Below the pieces are notes generated by a model. The model saw only the letters and a program-made list of their open reading frames with translations. It ran no database searches and was not told the origin of the DNA. Below, piece by piece: positions 13,737-31,443 of a stretch of DNA of 64,000 nucleotides. This DNA is from Auanema rhodensis (Eukaryota; Animalia; Nematoda), in the NCBI GenBank assembly GCA_964057225.1, contig OZ059895.1, forward strand, positions 9,362,001 to 9,426,000, read 5' to 3'. Both the position numbers and the translations under genes were made by a program. Numbering within the stretch: the first letter of the stretch is position 1; each line of letters starts with the position of its first letter.

Positions 13737-16700
13737 TTAAATTTCTGGACGATCTGGAACACTGCTCTTCACTGGTTGAATCTGAATTTAATTATTATTT
13801 AGTTAAACTATACTCAATGGATAATGTCTTTAGTTTTACCTGAATCTTATGCTTGGTTCGTGATCCCTTTCGGGGAGTGAAGCGGGCGGGTGGTACTTGA
13901 GCAGCTGCTCCTGAGATATTAAATAATTGTTTTTGAAATAAATAAATGTGTGTAAATACCTTTAGGTCGACATGCCCATCTTATGCTATCGATTAAAATT
14001 AAAATAGCTGGCAAGAATAACAATCCATGTAAATTACACAATATTACGCAAGATACCATGGTTTTCACAAAAACCTAAGTTCAAATTAGTATGAATTAGA
14101 AAAGTGATTATACCTCAGCCATGTATATATTTACAAACAAAAGACTACAAACACAAAGCATTGTACTTAATGCTGCTTGTACAGCAGGGAATGCAACTGA
14201 CGATAAACAATTAGCCAAATGATCTGCTGGTCTCGCAGTTGGAAGAGACGATAAAGCTAATTAGAATAATAGTCAAAAAAGTTATATAAATTAAACTTAC
14301 AAGCTTGATAATAATGATATGACACATGGGCTGGTATATCAACTGAGAATCCAATAGATATAATCATGGCAGCCATTGTAATTGGATCTAAGTCAACTCC
14401 CCACCAAGATAAAATTCCGAGAATTCCTAATTAAAGTTATATAATTACACAGAAAGATTTTTAAAAGTATTTTAAACAAGTTATGTTACTACTAACCTGC
14501 ACAAATCGAAAGTACAGAGAATGAAGCAATTGCCACAGTAAACAAATTGTTTAAGAATATGAAGCAAACGAATGCCATACACAGCAATGTTCCCAACACT
14601 GACTAAACAAGATTATTCATTAAAATATATGAATTAAATTGAATTAGTTGATATGTCTAAAATTTATTTTACCTGCCAAGTATCAGTTGTCATATTATCG
14701 ATCAAATCGAGGTAAACACCATCTTCATGAAAAACGGAAGCATCAAAATCTCTGCAAATTCAGATTCAGTTTTAATAAAGAATAGAATTAACAACTTGTA
14801 TTGATCAACAACACGTCTCCATTCTTTCAACATTAATCCTCTATTCCTCCACACTCGAAGATCATCACCGTGATATCCCGAAGTGAAGAAAAATTTTTCT
14901 AATTCCTTGTGTCTGAAACATAGTTTGAATATTATTTGGATTTTTGTTAAAACTGAACTCTGTTCCATTCTTTAATTTCACAAATCCTTCCCAAAAATCA
15001 TATTCTGGCCATTTTAAGAAATATTCTAGTTGTGATTCTACGAACATAGTCGGCTGCAAAATATATAATAGTTTTCAGATTATTCTATTTACTAACCCAG
15101 GCATCGTTATCAGTTTTGCCTGTCATATTTTTGGGTGCATCATCCGTATCTTCTTCATCCTCGTAATCATTGTCATCAGAGAAAGCTGGAATAAAAGCTT
15201 ACTTCAGGTTGTTAAGAATGTAGATTACATTTTTCAAATAGTTGGAAATCTCGAGGAAAATAGCTTGTTCCTGAGACTCCCCAAGACTGTCCCCATGTTC
15301 CATTCAAAGCTTCCATATCAGCAACAAATCTAAATATGTATATACCATAATAGCATGAATGATATAACACACTGATTCATTCGCTTCAAACGTTCGGGAT
15401 CGGAGAAGTTTCCTGGATTGTTAACGAAAACCGTTGCCATAGAGAAATGAGGAACTTGGTAAGCAACTCGTAGTTTATCGAGCTTAATTATATAATATTT
15501 AATTTTCCATTACGAACCATATCAAACCTCTAAGAGTGGAGAATCCAATGCAAATAACTTATCTGCAGTCAATTTAATGTTTATCACACTAATACCCTAT
15601 ATAATATATAATATATTATTATAATTAACTTCATAAAACTTACATATATACTAAATGCCAAATAAGATATATAAACTAAGACGACACCTATATAAACTAC
15701 GCTTGTAGTCATGAAATTTACATATCGTTGCATAAATTTGCTAATAATTGGTTTTGTCGTTTCATGGAACTTTGAAGGTTGTCGCTGAAAAGAAAAAAAA
15801 GGTAATTGGCTTCGCTTTAGCCAATACAGTTAGAGGTCGATGATGCCGAGCTATGTTAACTCTGTTTTCAGCCATGTTCACTTCCATTGTACTCCTTTCC
15901 ACAACTTCAGCCCCAATCTCATAACGTCCAACTATAGACATCAATCCGGCATAAAATGTCATCTGGATATCAAAGTAAAAAATTTTTATTTTTCAAATAA
16001 CCTGATATAAGAAGGCGAAACACATGGAAACCATATTACCAGTACAGAGCAAAGTAATTTCTGGTGAAGAAGTGAAAGATCCAACAGCATCAGCAAATAC
16101 ATTAGTTAAACATGAAATCAGAATCGCCGGACCGACTTCAGATAAGACCTTCAAAATCACAATTGTACGAAAGTTTTAATCAATTATGTAAGATACCTCA
16201 CTCATGCGATGGCCAACACTATCCTTCTTTCTCGGTGTTTCTTTAATATGTTTCGTTACTCGCTGCCACTCGTGAATCATGAGGTACGAAGAATCCACAC
16301 CTAAACTGGCAGCTAAGTTTTGTGAGAGACGAATCATATTACCTATAGAAAGAACTAAGAATGGTATTACACATAAAATTGATGCAAAACGGGTGCCACA
16401 TATAAACATAATGGCCAATGCCGTAGAGCATGCTAACAGAGGTGTTAGGCAAGCCATGATTGCCAGAATGATCTAGAAATAAATATTAAACTGAATTTCG
16501 TGAATTACTTACTTTATAAAAGTTTTGTTGATGCATATAAAGAGCACGAATCATAACAGATGCTATACTACACAAGCACATGATGACAAATCCAACAACC
16601 AAAAAGGGGAGCATAATAATTCCACCACGCACCATTTCTTCTTCAACATATGATTGAGAATATGCATATATTTTCAACCTTGTGGACTGATATCTTCTAA

Positions 16701-17988
16701 ACAAAAATTTCAAATCAGCTTAAAATAATCTCATTATACTTCTCGAAAACTTCAACTAGTTGCATTTCCCAATCTTTGACATCTTGTTCTGACCATCCAT
16801 CTTTATGTTCTGCTCGAAATTGGAGAGTTATCATCTTTATAGACTTTATATTTGTTATTCTTTCTAACGGGTCTACTATAGATCGTACGGTTGCATTCAG
16901 CTCTGAATCTCAGTATATCTTGTTATAAAGCATTGTATAAACCTATCACGGTATCTGGTCCTCCGAGTAACTTTGGAATATCGTCTTCACCCGGGTTGTC
17001 ATCGAACAAATCAACGCCAAAAAAGTTGGGCTAAAACAAATGGAAATGTGGATATTCATGAGCTGTTAGTCTAAGAATTAAAAAGTATAAACGTTTACCT
17101 GCACACTGAAGCTTCGTCCGAAAATTGAGCTTATAGGATAACTAAGATTAATCCTTCCTGGTCGATTCCCATCGTCTTCACTGAGAATTTGAAAGCCATT
17201 CTAAATTTTTAAGTAAATATACGCAGTAATCTCTTTTTAACTTACATAGAATTGTCTTACTGGTTCGTTAATTTGACAGAAAGAATTACAAAATTGATTA
17301 TAATTTTCTTTCTTGCCGGTCTTTTTATCCAGAATTGTTACATTATTCATTGCATAGTTCAAAACCTGATTAACTATTTGTATTTTTTATATTTGATAAC
17401 TAAACCTTTATTGTTTCTTCCATGTAATCAGGCCTAAGCATACTTCCATTATCCTTTGCAACAATGAATAGATAAGCAGCAACAGGCAAACCTGTTGAGA
17501 TGTTGTTATTAACTTATCTCTTATTACAACTTTTTTTTATCAGATAACCACTAACTAAAACTAAAACACTACCTTTCGCCGAGAAAAATCTTTCATATTC
17601 ATCCCATTCGTCATTAGCTCGGGCACCATATGGTGTATATCCCTTGATGTCATTACGTTGTCTGAAAGAATATTCGTTTCACCAGAACCAAACTATCTTT
17701 TAATCACTTTGTGGTGACAATTTTGATTAATGACAACGCTGATATAGCTAAACAAATGACAATAGCTAGCCATGCATGGTCTGCCACAATAAACCCCCAT
17801 TCCTTAAAAACTCCGATTACCCAAATTACGAATTTGGGACCTAAATAATAGTTAATTATAAATCAGAACACAAAATTAAAACTTTAATCAATATTGTACT
17901 ACTTACCTTTGTTCTGCTCTCCATATTCATCAATTGAACGCTGTCCAATGAGAATGGATTGCCGTTTCGGCTTTATGCCGACTTCCAT
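13737..17988 (-). CDS. Patched-related (PTR) sterol-sensing-domain membrane protein
   Basis: [66 protein letters not shown] and [11 protein letters not shown] motifs in many short exons. Confidence 0.92.
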
Positions 17989-19388
17989 AATCTTATAGTG
18001 CTATTAAGAACAATTTAATGGTTTATTTTCAAATTCTGAAATAATAAAAATATTATTATAAATTATATTAATACAAAGGGAATTATAAGAATTATTAAGA
18101 AGAAAATAATATGAAAAAAATGATAAAAAACTCTCCTTTTTTGGAAGAAACAAAACGACAATAATTCCTAATGTCAAAATATCTCTAAAATAAGGAGCAG
18201 TTAGAATATTATTTTGTTCAAATAAGGATGGTCAAAAACGAAAAGGAGAAATCAACAGAAAACTCGTTTTTAAAGTCATGAAGAGGGTTGGAAGACGAAT
18301 TTTATTAGCTATTTCTTCACAATAGGGATAGTACAAGTTTTAAAAAATGGTTCATAAAAAAGAAAAAATCTGATATTTTGCACATTTATTCCTGAATTGG
18401 TTCAGCAGATCAGTGGTTTGCTTGAAGAAAACGAAATAAAAAAACACTTGTATGTGAACGATATGTATGGAAGAAGAAGTGACTTTTTGTTTCACTCTTT
18501 CTTTTTTTTATCTCTGCCAGTTTTCTCTTGCTACCATCTATCGAACGCGACCTCCCTTTTCTCTCTATTTTGTATCTCACTACTTTCTTATGTCTCATAG
18601 TTATACAAGTAGAGAGAACGGGTTGAACAACTATTTATGCAAAAGTCAGATTACATGTCTAGCTATAGAGAAACTGCATAAACAGTTACATGACAGCTGT
18701 TACAAGAAAATAAATTGGTTAAGATGAGGTGGGCAAAGTGAATCTTGGAACAAATGCAATGATTTTGTGGTTCAAAAACCAAAGCAACCAAGGAGGACTT
18801 CATATGAAGACGACACAGAAAGAAGAATCCTAATTCGTCCTTGGAATGCAATACACTAGGATATGCCAAGCCAGATCGACAAGCAACAATGATAGAAATC
18901 AAATGCGATCTTCGTAATTTCTTCAACCATGATTCTGGACTATTTAGTTTTTCTAGTTGAAATATGAACTAAAAACAAATATATCATGTTTAAGACGATA
19001 CAAACAGTGCATCAAATAGATTGATCCAAGAAAAGGTTATCAATAAAGAAGATAATTTCATAATAAATATATAGAATCCAAACTTAAACTATGTATAGTC
19101 ATTAAGTGAACTTGATTATTTTAATATTAATGTATAAAATTTTCGTCTTGGATGGTAATATATGTTTTCCACAAGTATATTTATAAAGATAACTAGTGTA
19201 ATATTAATTTATTTACGTCAATCTACACTCTGCGTTAGACACATGCACTAATAAGAAATAACCCAGTATTGCCAAAGACAAAAAGGAATAACTAGTTGCG
19301 GAAGAGTAGTGTTTAACTAGTTGAAATTTGACATTTATATCGCACAGTACAGAAGGATATTGATATCAGTAATTATGTATTATTTGTA

Positions 19389-20273
19389 TCATTCCAGATG
19401 TGACTGAAGAACTTCGTCCAAAAGATTTTCTAGAACAGCATGAGTTCCTCTCATTTGATCAATCACCTGAAATAACTCATGAAAAATAAGAATGAAAAGC
19501 ACAATATCTTCTTACCAGCTTCGACCATTTAAAATACTCCTTTACCCGTTTTTTGTCCCAACCATGAGGCGTATGACGTTTTAAATCACGAAGATTATAT
19601 AGCTTGTCAGCCAAATGTACAAGTTTTGCCTACAAACAAAGAGAAACTAGCTGTAGGTAACACGACAAGAATCACCTTGTGAGAATGATGGGCAGCATTA
19701 TCGATCTGAGCTTGCTTTCTAGCCTCTTTTGACAATGTTTTGTCGTCAGTACATTCTTTTACAATATCGTAAATCTTAATAATAGTATAGATATGAAAAA
19801 AACAAGAAAGAAATTCACCTGTGACCCAAATTCTTCCAAGATCTCCTCATGTGTTGTCTTTGTATCTTCTACGGTGTCATGAAGAATAGCAGCAGCTAAT
19901 GTTATAGTATCATAAACCTTAGCTTCATTCGTTAAAATAAAAGCAACACCTTAGTTAATATAAAAAATAACCATTCCGCACATGAAGACATACCTATTGG
20001 ATGATTAACGTATGGAGTACGGTTGTCTTTTCTTTTTTGAAATCTATGTCTTCTTGCAGCGAAATCGTTCGCCTGAAAACAGAAGTTGCAAAAAATGTAT
20101 TTTTAAAACCTTACCTTCATTAATAACGCTATATCATAACAATCATCATGATCAGAAGACTTCTTCAGAATATTCTGCGGCTTTTCGGACTTTTGACATT
20201 CTTCTGGATCGCTCGGAGTTGATTGTGGCAGCACAGGGTACACCTTTGCAATTTTTTTTCCTTCCTCACTCAT
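19389..20273 (-). CDS. HDDC3: HD-domain ppGpp/NADPH hydrolase MESH1
   Basis: Five exons spliced by eye: [51 protein letters not shown]. Not in the ORF track because the exons are short. Confidence 0.92.
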
Positions 20274-20970
20274 CTAGATTAAAAGAATAAAGTTTCTTGG
20301 AGAACCCATAACAAAAAAGAAAGGAAGTGACAATCTAGAATCGATAACGAAAGAGAGAGTACGCAGCCTTCAGTTTTCTGAAACAGGTCTTACTATGGCG
20401 TTGAAAGCTCGATTTTCCGTTATACATCTCTTATGCTTTACTAAGGAGCAGAAAAAACGTTATAGCTAACAATACTTCAATTTCAAGCAGATTTTGAGTA
20501 AATTAGAACACAAGCGTTAGAAAAATACCAAATAATGTTAAAAAGAAATTGCAAACCCTAAACGGTTAAGTATGAATGAATACTTTTGAAAACTATAACT
20601 GGTTTGAAGGCAACCCTTCATAGTAGTATAGGTGTAAAAATAAATAAAAAAATATTGTACTATTAATTACCAATTAAGTATACTTCATTCAAGTAGTCTT
20701 TTGTTTGTAATGTCATTCAAAATTAGAATATTTTAAAGTTATTTTGCCAACGTCAATATGCTTTACTTTTTTCGATAGTATTTTCAATTTTCAAATCATA
20801 CATACATATGTTAAATTTCCAAAAAAGATATTTTGTGTTTGGCTACACAATATGCATGACACGAGAAAATGCGTACAGTGAAAGTAATCAATTGGTTTGC
20901 TATTTATGCAAAACTTCTTTTCGTTAGATCATTTAATTATCAATTTTAATTTTCTTATTTTCGGTTTAAA

Positions 20971-24270
<3,300 letters not shown>

Positions 24271-24571
24271 TATTGTGATAATTATAATTCCTTTACACCT
24301 AGCATATCATAATATGGAGCGTTTTAATATTTCGGTAGAATATTATATATATATATATATTATATGTATGAATGTGTGGCTTTGGTTAATTTAATGGTTC
24401 TTTATTTCGATCGATATAAAATGTTTTATTTATTTTTTAATGTATGTATTAACTAATTTGTATGTATCAAATGGATTCTTATCTCCTAAAATACTTTTAT
24501 CGGTGTTATACTTTTGTAATGCTATGATTTCAGTATTACTTACTATTTCTTAGGTACTGTTATGTAGAATT

Positions 24572-27500
24572 ATGGTAACTTCCAAGCAACGTTGTTTAAA
24601 TAAAGTATCAATTTCTATTGTTACATAAAATTTGTTTTTGCCTTCAGACTATCGACTTTCCTAGTACGATACAAGGTCCTGGGTGGCTAGCTAGAGGTGA
24701 TCGGAAACCATCTGAAAAAAGAACAGCATTTAATAGGCCTACGGCTAGGCAGGCATGTGGTATAAGTTATAAAGTAGTCATTTCGAAATTTTAGATTTAT
24801 GATGCTTTACCTTTTGTAAGGAGATATTTTTTGTATTGGATGAAACATACGTTTAACAAAGAAAAGTTATTTATTAACACGTTCCAGCCATTACAGCATA
24901 AACCTTTTTATGGTACATCAAAACGTTTTGATTGTTGAAAAAATTATCTTAGGTGTGCCTTGTGGGGGTATTGGATGCGGTTCACTTGGACGTGATTTTC
25001 GTGGAGGATTTTGTAAATTTAGCCTACGCCCAGGTTTAATTGAACACCAAGTGGACGTAATACCTGCTAACCAGTTCATCTTATCTGTTAGAGAAAATAA
25101 TATTTGTATCTATCAAAAAGTTCTTAATGCTTCTGATGTTTTACGTAATGGTACTCAATTATCTTCTTGGGATTTTTCCTTCTCCAAAATGGATATGCAT
25201 TACAGGTTATTGTTGATTTCCATGAATTCTGAATAAGTTTATTATAGAGGCTTGTATCCAAGGTCATGGAGCTCATATATGATCCCAGAACTAAAGCTGG
25301 AAGTTGTGATTCAACAAGTGTCTCCAATATTTCCTAATAGTTACGAGGTGGAATCTAGTCTGAAATAATTAGTTTAGGAATATTTACTTGCAGGAAACTT
25401 CTTTCCCAATATCTTGTTTTATAATAAAAGTTATCAACAACTCCGCAATAGAGTATGAAGTCAGTATTGCTTTTACTTTCCGAAATGGAACAGGTCTTAA
25501 AAAATGGGATAAAGAAAGTCAATGTACTTCCACTGCATTCCAAGACGGTGACGGTATTATTTTTTTCCAAATTAAATTGTTTATCAATTACTGTTTAAAG
25601 GCTTTGGTGTTATTTTGAACCAGACGATTTCTCAAATGCCATGTAAATATGGAATTGCATCGAAATTTGATGTATGTTTACAGTGCATTTGTTCTACGCA
25701 CTTCATATTTTCAGGGAAGAAATAAGATTACTATTTGTAAAGGGTTTAATCCAAATGGAAGTGGTTCGGGAATATGGAAATGCTTATCGGAGAATGGAAC
25801 TGTACCTGATTACGTAGTATTCCAGAATATAATAAAATAATGACTAAATTTGTTATAGGACAATAGCAGCGAATTTGATACTCGAGAGTTAGCTGTAGCA
25901 GTTTGTAATAAAACTGTTGTGAAACCTCATGATGTTGCTATTATGGAGTTTTCTTTAGTTTGGGATATGCCGTTAGTTCGATTTGGCAATGAACAGAGAG
26001 AATATCGAAGGTATCACTAATTATGTGGTGAACCCAATTATTCTACTTACAAGGCGATACACAAGATTTTTTGATAAAGACAATGCAACTTCTGAGTTAT
26101 GTCTTAGAGGGTTGAACGAATGGAAAGACTGGGTTAGCAAAATAGAATCTTGGCAGGTTGTAATATATTTAGTCAGCCAGCTTACATCTTTTTCAGAATC
26201 CTGTTCTGGAGCACAGTAAATTACCAGATTGGTATCGATCTGCATTGTTTAACGAGTTATATTTCATGACTGACGGAGGATCCGTATGCTTTTTTCCTAT
26301 TTCTGCTTGTTATTCGACTAACATTTTAGCTATGGTTCGAATATGATGAAGCATGGTCTTGCAATGAATCACATCTTTCTCCATATACACAGGAGAAAAT
26401 GAAAGCTGTTGGCCGGTTTGGATATTTAGAATGTCTTTCTAAATATTTAAGTATTGAATTTATCAATTTATTTAAGCATGGGAATATAGAATGGTTAACA
26501 CTTATGATGTACATTTTTATGCGTCTTTTGCTTTAGCTCAATTATGGCCTGAACTGGAATTAGTTATGCAAGCAGAATTTAGTACGTTTCAAAGTCAGGC
26601 AACGAAATAAATTGGACTTTTCAGCTGATCAAATAGATCATCAAGAAAACAAAACAACAAAATTTCACATGGAAGGTGATATAGCGAGTTTAAAAACTAT
26701 TGGCCGGGTTCCACATGATTTAGGAAATCCAGGTACTTCAATTGATACTGTAGTTTTCTTATGCGATTCGTCATAGCTCATGACCCTTGGCTGTACACCA
26801 ATGCTTACGTAATGCATGATACTGGGAAATGGAAAGATCTAAACTTAAAATATGTTTTGATGTCTTGGAGAGATCTAGTTCTTATCACAAATTTTGATAA
26901 AGAATTTTTAAACCACACTTGGGATCCTGTGAAGGTGGGATTAGTTTTATAATTTGGTATTAAAATATGTTTAGGCATTGATCCTTGACGCTTTAACAAA
27001 TTGGGATCAAAATGGTGATGGAATGATAGAGAATTTTGGTAAAGCTGATCAAACTTATGATGCATGGCAAATGGAAGGCGTTAGGTATTGCAGTATATCA
27101 GTAAATTATATTGTTATTTACATTTTCAGTGCATACTGCGGTTCTTTGTGGTTAGCTGCATTACGTGTTGCTGTAGAAATGGCACGATTAGTTGAAGATT
27201 CCGTTTCGGAAACATTGTTTGCAAAAACTTTACAAAATGCTAAAAAGGTTTCCGTAGTGTTGCAAAATTTTGATATGATATCCATCATAGGTGTTTATAA
27301 AAACTTTATGGACAGGCGAATATTTTCGTTTCTGTGAGAAATCAAGAAGCCGGGAAACGATAATGGCTGACCAGTTATGTGGGATATGGTTTCTTGATTC
27401 TGTTTCTCCTGAATTAGCTAGAGAAGTTGCAGAGTTTTCATAGATTTGACTTACATTATATCAGTTTTAGATTCTTCCTACCAACATGATATTATCTTCT

Positions 27501-27964
27501 TTGTGCAAAATTTATACTTACAATGTTTGTAGATTTGGAGAAGGACAAATAGGAGCAGTGAATGGCATGCAGCCTAATGGAATTGTAGATAGATATTATA
27601 TACAGGTATCACTTACATGAAAAAAAGTTTAACCTTTGTATATAGGCAGATGAAATGTGGACTGGAGTCACTTATGCGCTATCTGCATTTCTTATTCAAC
27701 AAGGAGAAGTAAAAAAAGCATTTCATACTGCTTCGGGCTGCTATGATGTGTGTTTCGAAAAAACAGGACTGCAGTACCAAACACCTGAAGCTTTATATGA
27801 AACAAAGTAAGATACATTTGTTTCACTCTAAACTTCAAAATTTAAGATATTATCGTGCAATTGGATATATGCGACCTTTATCAATTTGGGCGATGCAGCA
27901 TGCATTGGATAAACATCTGAATATATATTCTACGACCAAGTCTTGTATCTTAGACATTGATTAA
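24572..27964 (+). CDS. GBA2: Non-lysosomal glucosylceramidase (GH116; C. elegans hpo-13-like)
   Basis: [64 protein letters not shown] and YMRPLSIW motifs. Start codon is approximate. Confidence 0.93.
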
Positions 27965-28082
27965 ATATATATTTATATATGTTCATTCCAGTCAAATCAT
28001 GAAATCATTATGAATATACCTTTATTGGTTCTATATCTATTTTCCACTATGAACTAATTATTACGGGCTATTATGATTATAG

Positions 28083-28443
28083 ATGAATTCATTTCGAGCA
28101 GTACGTTTTTTTTCACAAGTTGCCAAAAATGCTGAGGAAAGATTGACCAATATTTTGAAGTCTAAGCTTCAAGGCATCAAAGAGATATCTGTAAGCGACA
28201 TTTCTAGTATGTGGCAATCAAGATAATATTCATATAATTACTTATTTCATATGGATGTGGTTCTATGTTTTCTATTAACATGAGGGCTTCTGAATTTAAT
28301 GGGCTTTCTAGAGTAGCTCAGCATAAATTAGTCACAGGTATTCTTTTTTCTTTTACATCAATTAATATATTAATTCAGATATCTTGAAAGAAGAAATCAA
28401 AAAGATGCATGGGGTTATCATTGAAACAAAACCAGCTGCATAA
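28083..28443 (+). CDS. BOLA3: BolA-family protein (BOLA3-like), three exons
   Basis: VSDIS(N)GCGSMF, EFNGLSRVAQHKLV, LKEEIKKMHG; N-terminus resembles a mitochondrial targeting peptide. Intron 1 ends in TTTCAT rather than TTTCAG. Confidence 0.85.
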
Positions 28444-28566
28444 TAATTGAAAAAATAGTTTTTAATAAATTTGGATTCTAAGTTTTCGTTTTGCTTTGCT
28501 GGTTTTATGATTGTGTTCATACATATTTTCATTTTTGTCTTTCAATTAAATATAAATTCATATAGA

Positions 28567-29666
28567 ATGTCTACTCTTTGCTCTTCTGTCCGGTGTTTTA
28601 ATGGTGTGCAAAATGTCTATCAACACTTCAGGTTCGTATTCTAAATTTTATCAAATATGTCTGATTTTAGCATTACTTTAAAATGTGACATGAAGTATGG
28701 TGTTTATATTCCTGATTTAAACGATGGAGAGCGTGTTCCGACTTTGTTCTATTTATCAGGTGTTTTCATGTTTTTAACGAATGAAAAGTATATTATGTAA
28801 TATAGGACTAACTTGTACTCATTCAAATTTCATGGAAAAATCTGGGATGCAAAAATACGCGAGTGAGAAAAGAATGATAGTCATACATCCTGATACTTCG
28901 CCAAGAGGAGTTGATATACCTGGAGATGCTGATCACTGGGATTTTGGTAAAGGTGCGATTATATTTTCTTTTCATTTGCATCAAATTTTTTTTGAGGAGC
29001 TGGATTCTATGTAGATTCGACCCAGGAGCCTTGGAGACAACATTATAACATGTATTCTTACATCTCCAGTGAACTGTTAAAAATATGTTCGGAAAATCTG
29101 CCAGTAAATAAAGAAAAAATTGGTGCGTTTAGTTGGTTAATTATGTCCGTTAACAACACATTATAGGTATCTTTGGCCATTCAATGGGAGGACATGGTGC
29201 TATAGTTTTAGGATTACGTAATCCTGCTGTTTTCAAATCCATTTCAGCTTTTGCACCCATTTGCAATCCTATGAGCTGTGCATGGGGTAAAAAAGCATTT
29301 TCTGCATATTTAGGTTAAGAAGGCATAATTTACCTTAAATTATTCTTATTTTTAAGGCACGGATGAAAAGCATTGGTGTCAATATGATTCTAGTGAACTT
29401 ATTAAAGAATATGATGGAAAAAAAAGAAAGATCCTTATACATCAAGTAGAATGCTCATCAACAGCTGCTTTAAATTTATAAATTTTTAGGGATTAGCTGA
29501 TCAATTTTTGACCGATGGACAACTGCGACCTGAAACTTTGGTGTCCACTGATAAAATAACAATTGAACTAAAAAATGAAGAAGGATATGATCATGGATAT
29601 TATTTCATTTCCACTTTTTTAAGCGATCATTTTGAACACCATGCAGAGCAATTAGGATGTTTATAA
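28567..29666 (+). CDS. ESD: S-formylglutathione hydrolase / esterase D
   Basis: LSGLTCT, PDTSPRG, WDFGKGAGFY, nucleophile elbow GHSMGG, SAFAPI and GYDHGYYF motifs. Confidence 0.95.
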
Positions 29667-30534
29667 AGATACTTGAATTTTCCTAATTTGTCTTTGCTAA
29701 TTTTATGATATGTAACTGTTCAATAAATCAGTCATTTATTATATTTGTATTACTATTTGGAAACACCAAAATAATGAACAATCAGAATATTAGAGAGCAA
29801 TTTTTCTTACGTTGTATTAGTTCAAATATTAAAAAGGTAAGTATTAGAATAAATTTAGCTGGGGCTAAGCCTGAAATGAATTTTTCGCATTGCAGTGTTC
29901 ACAAACACGTTGCCGTTTATACAAAAAATAATGTAATATCCTTGATTTGGATATTAATGTTCCATGTTATTGACCCTAAGATTGATTTGTTGTAAAAGAA
30001 ACATTAACATTTGAGGAAGAGAGAAAGATTTATTATAAATAAAAAACATTTAAACAATAAACAAATAAAAGATGAAGATAAATCCGCCACCTGAAGATTC
30101 AGTTTAATGGCAAGCTTATATAGCGAATGTTATCAGCATTTTCCACGAAAGGTTATAAGTTGTCAATGACAATAATAATTATCTCGGAAAATGCTGAAGT
30201 TGCAAATATAACTGATAACATAATACACTAAGATAAAAACAACCAGAATTATAAAATATAAAATATAGAAATAAAGAATGAAGAAATACATAATAAAATA
30301 TATAAAAATATAGAATCAAGAAATACATAGTATAAAAATATAGAAAGAATAAAGTAAAGATTTATAAAGTATTACATGCTACCGCTCTTGAGGTATACAA
30401 AAAGGTTTCTAAGGCTTTCATAATGTTGTAGCAAGCTTTTGATGAGATCTTTATGTACTTTTCTCATCTGTCCTTGACTCATTTCCAATTCCACATATGA
30501 GTTGTATACGCCTGTTATTTTGAAAGGTCCTTTA

Positions 30535-31036
30535 TATACTTGGGCACGGTTAAAAAAAACGACTAAAAAACGACTAAAAAACGATTAAAAAACGACTAAA
30601 ATCGACTAAATTTGTCTAAAACACCAAAAAAAAAATCGTACACGACTAAACGACTAAAAATTTTAGCGAGAAACAATTAGTCGACTAATTCGGCTAATAT
30701 TAAATATTCAAATTTTTTTTTCAAAATTTAAAAAACTATATTTGAAATAGAAAATAAGCCAAAAAACAATTAGCATTAAAATTTAGCATAATAAATTAAA
30801 TTTTCAAAACAAAAAAAGAAAATTTTTTCAAATTCATTATCATCATCTGTTCGCCTACAACGTCGAAATGAGCTCGGTTTGCTTATATTTCAAGAAAACT
30901 GAAGATGCAACAATCTGCACAATCTGCACCAAAACTGTGAAGATATCGTCAAAAGGATTGACCAACAACCAGTGGAGCCACCTGAAGAGAAAGCACAACT
31001 TTCTGAGGAATCAAGCAAACGAGGAAGAGACTGACT
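30535..31036 (+). mobile_element. 5' end of a hAT-like DNA transposon, truncated by a Maverick terminus
   Basis: Terminus-like TATACTTGGGCACGGTT, clustered subterminal CGACTAAA repeats (30560-30690), then a BED-finger ORF. Confidence 0.65.
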
Positions 31037-31038
31037 AG
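30868..31038 (+). pseudogene. BED zinc finger (N-terminus of a hAT transposase), truncated
   Basis: MSSVCLYFKKTEDATICTICTKTVKISSKGLTNNQWSHLKRKH; the stop is created at the junction with the Maverick end. Confidence 0.75.
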
Positions 31039-31369
31039 TAGAGAGCCGTGCAAAATTTACTGACCACGTCCCCAAACAGATGTCAAAAACATACTTTTGA
31101 GGGCGTCAGCTGCTGAAAACATACTTTTGGGGCGCGTCAGCTGTCAAAAACATATTTTTGAGCGTCAGCTGTTAAAATCATATTTTGTGCTCAGAGCCCA
31201 TGGATTTTCCTTTTTTAACTTTAAAATCATGCTTTTAAGCATGATTTTTTTTTAATCAAATTTAAATTTGTTTTTCAAATGTATATATGTATATAATTAT
31301 ATATTTTAAATTATTTCTTAAATATATTAAGTGAAAAAAAAGTTATGAATTTTAAATATTTAAATTATA
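31037..31369 (+). repeat. Maverick TIR, type A (AGTAGAGAGCCGTGCAAAA), truncated by a second terminus
   Basis: Aligns by eye with the reverse complement of ~46810-47136 up to 31369. Confidence 0.9.
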
Positions 31370-31443
31370 AGTAGAGAGCCATGCTGAATTTACTAACCAC
31401 GCCCCCAAACAGTTGCTAAAAACATACTTTTGAGGGCGTCAGC
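31370..31443 (+). repeat. Maverick TIR stub, type B (AGTAGAGAGCCATGC), 74 bp
   Basis: Near-identical to 31444-31517 and interrupted exactly by a third AGTAGAGAGCC. Confidence 0.9.

Noticed and set aside
29760-30530. Possible minus-strand exons of a gene or pseudogene
   Set aside because: One open exon-like stretch (30377-30502), but neighbouring segments have stops in all frames and no recognisable product.
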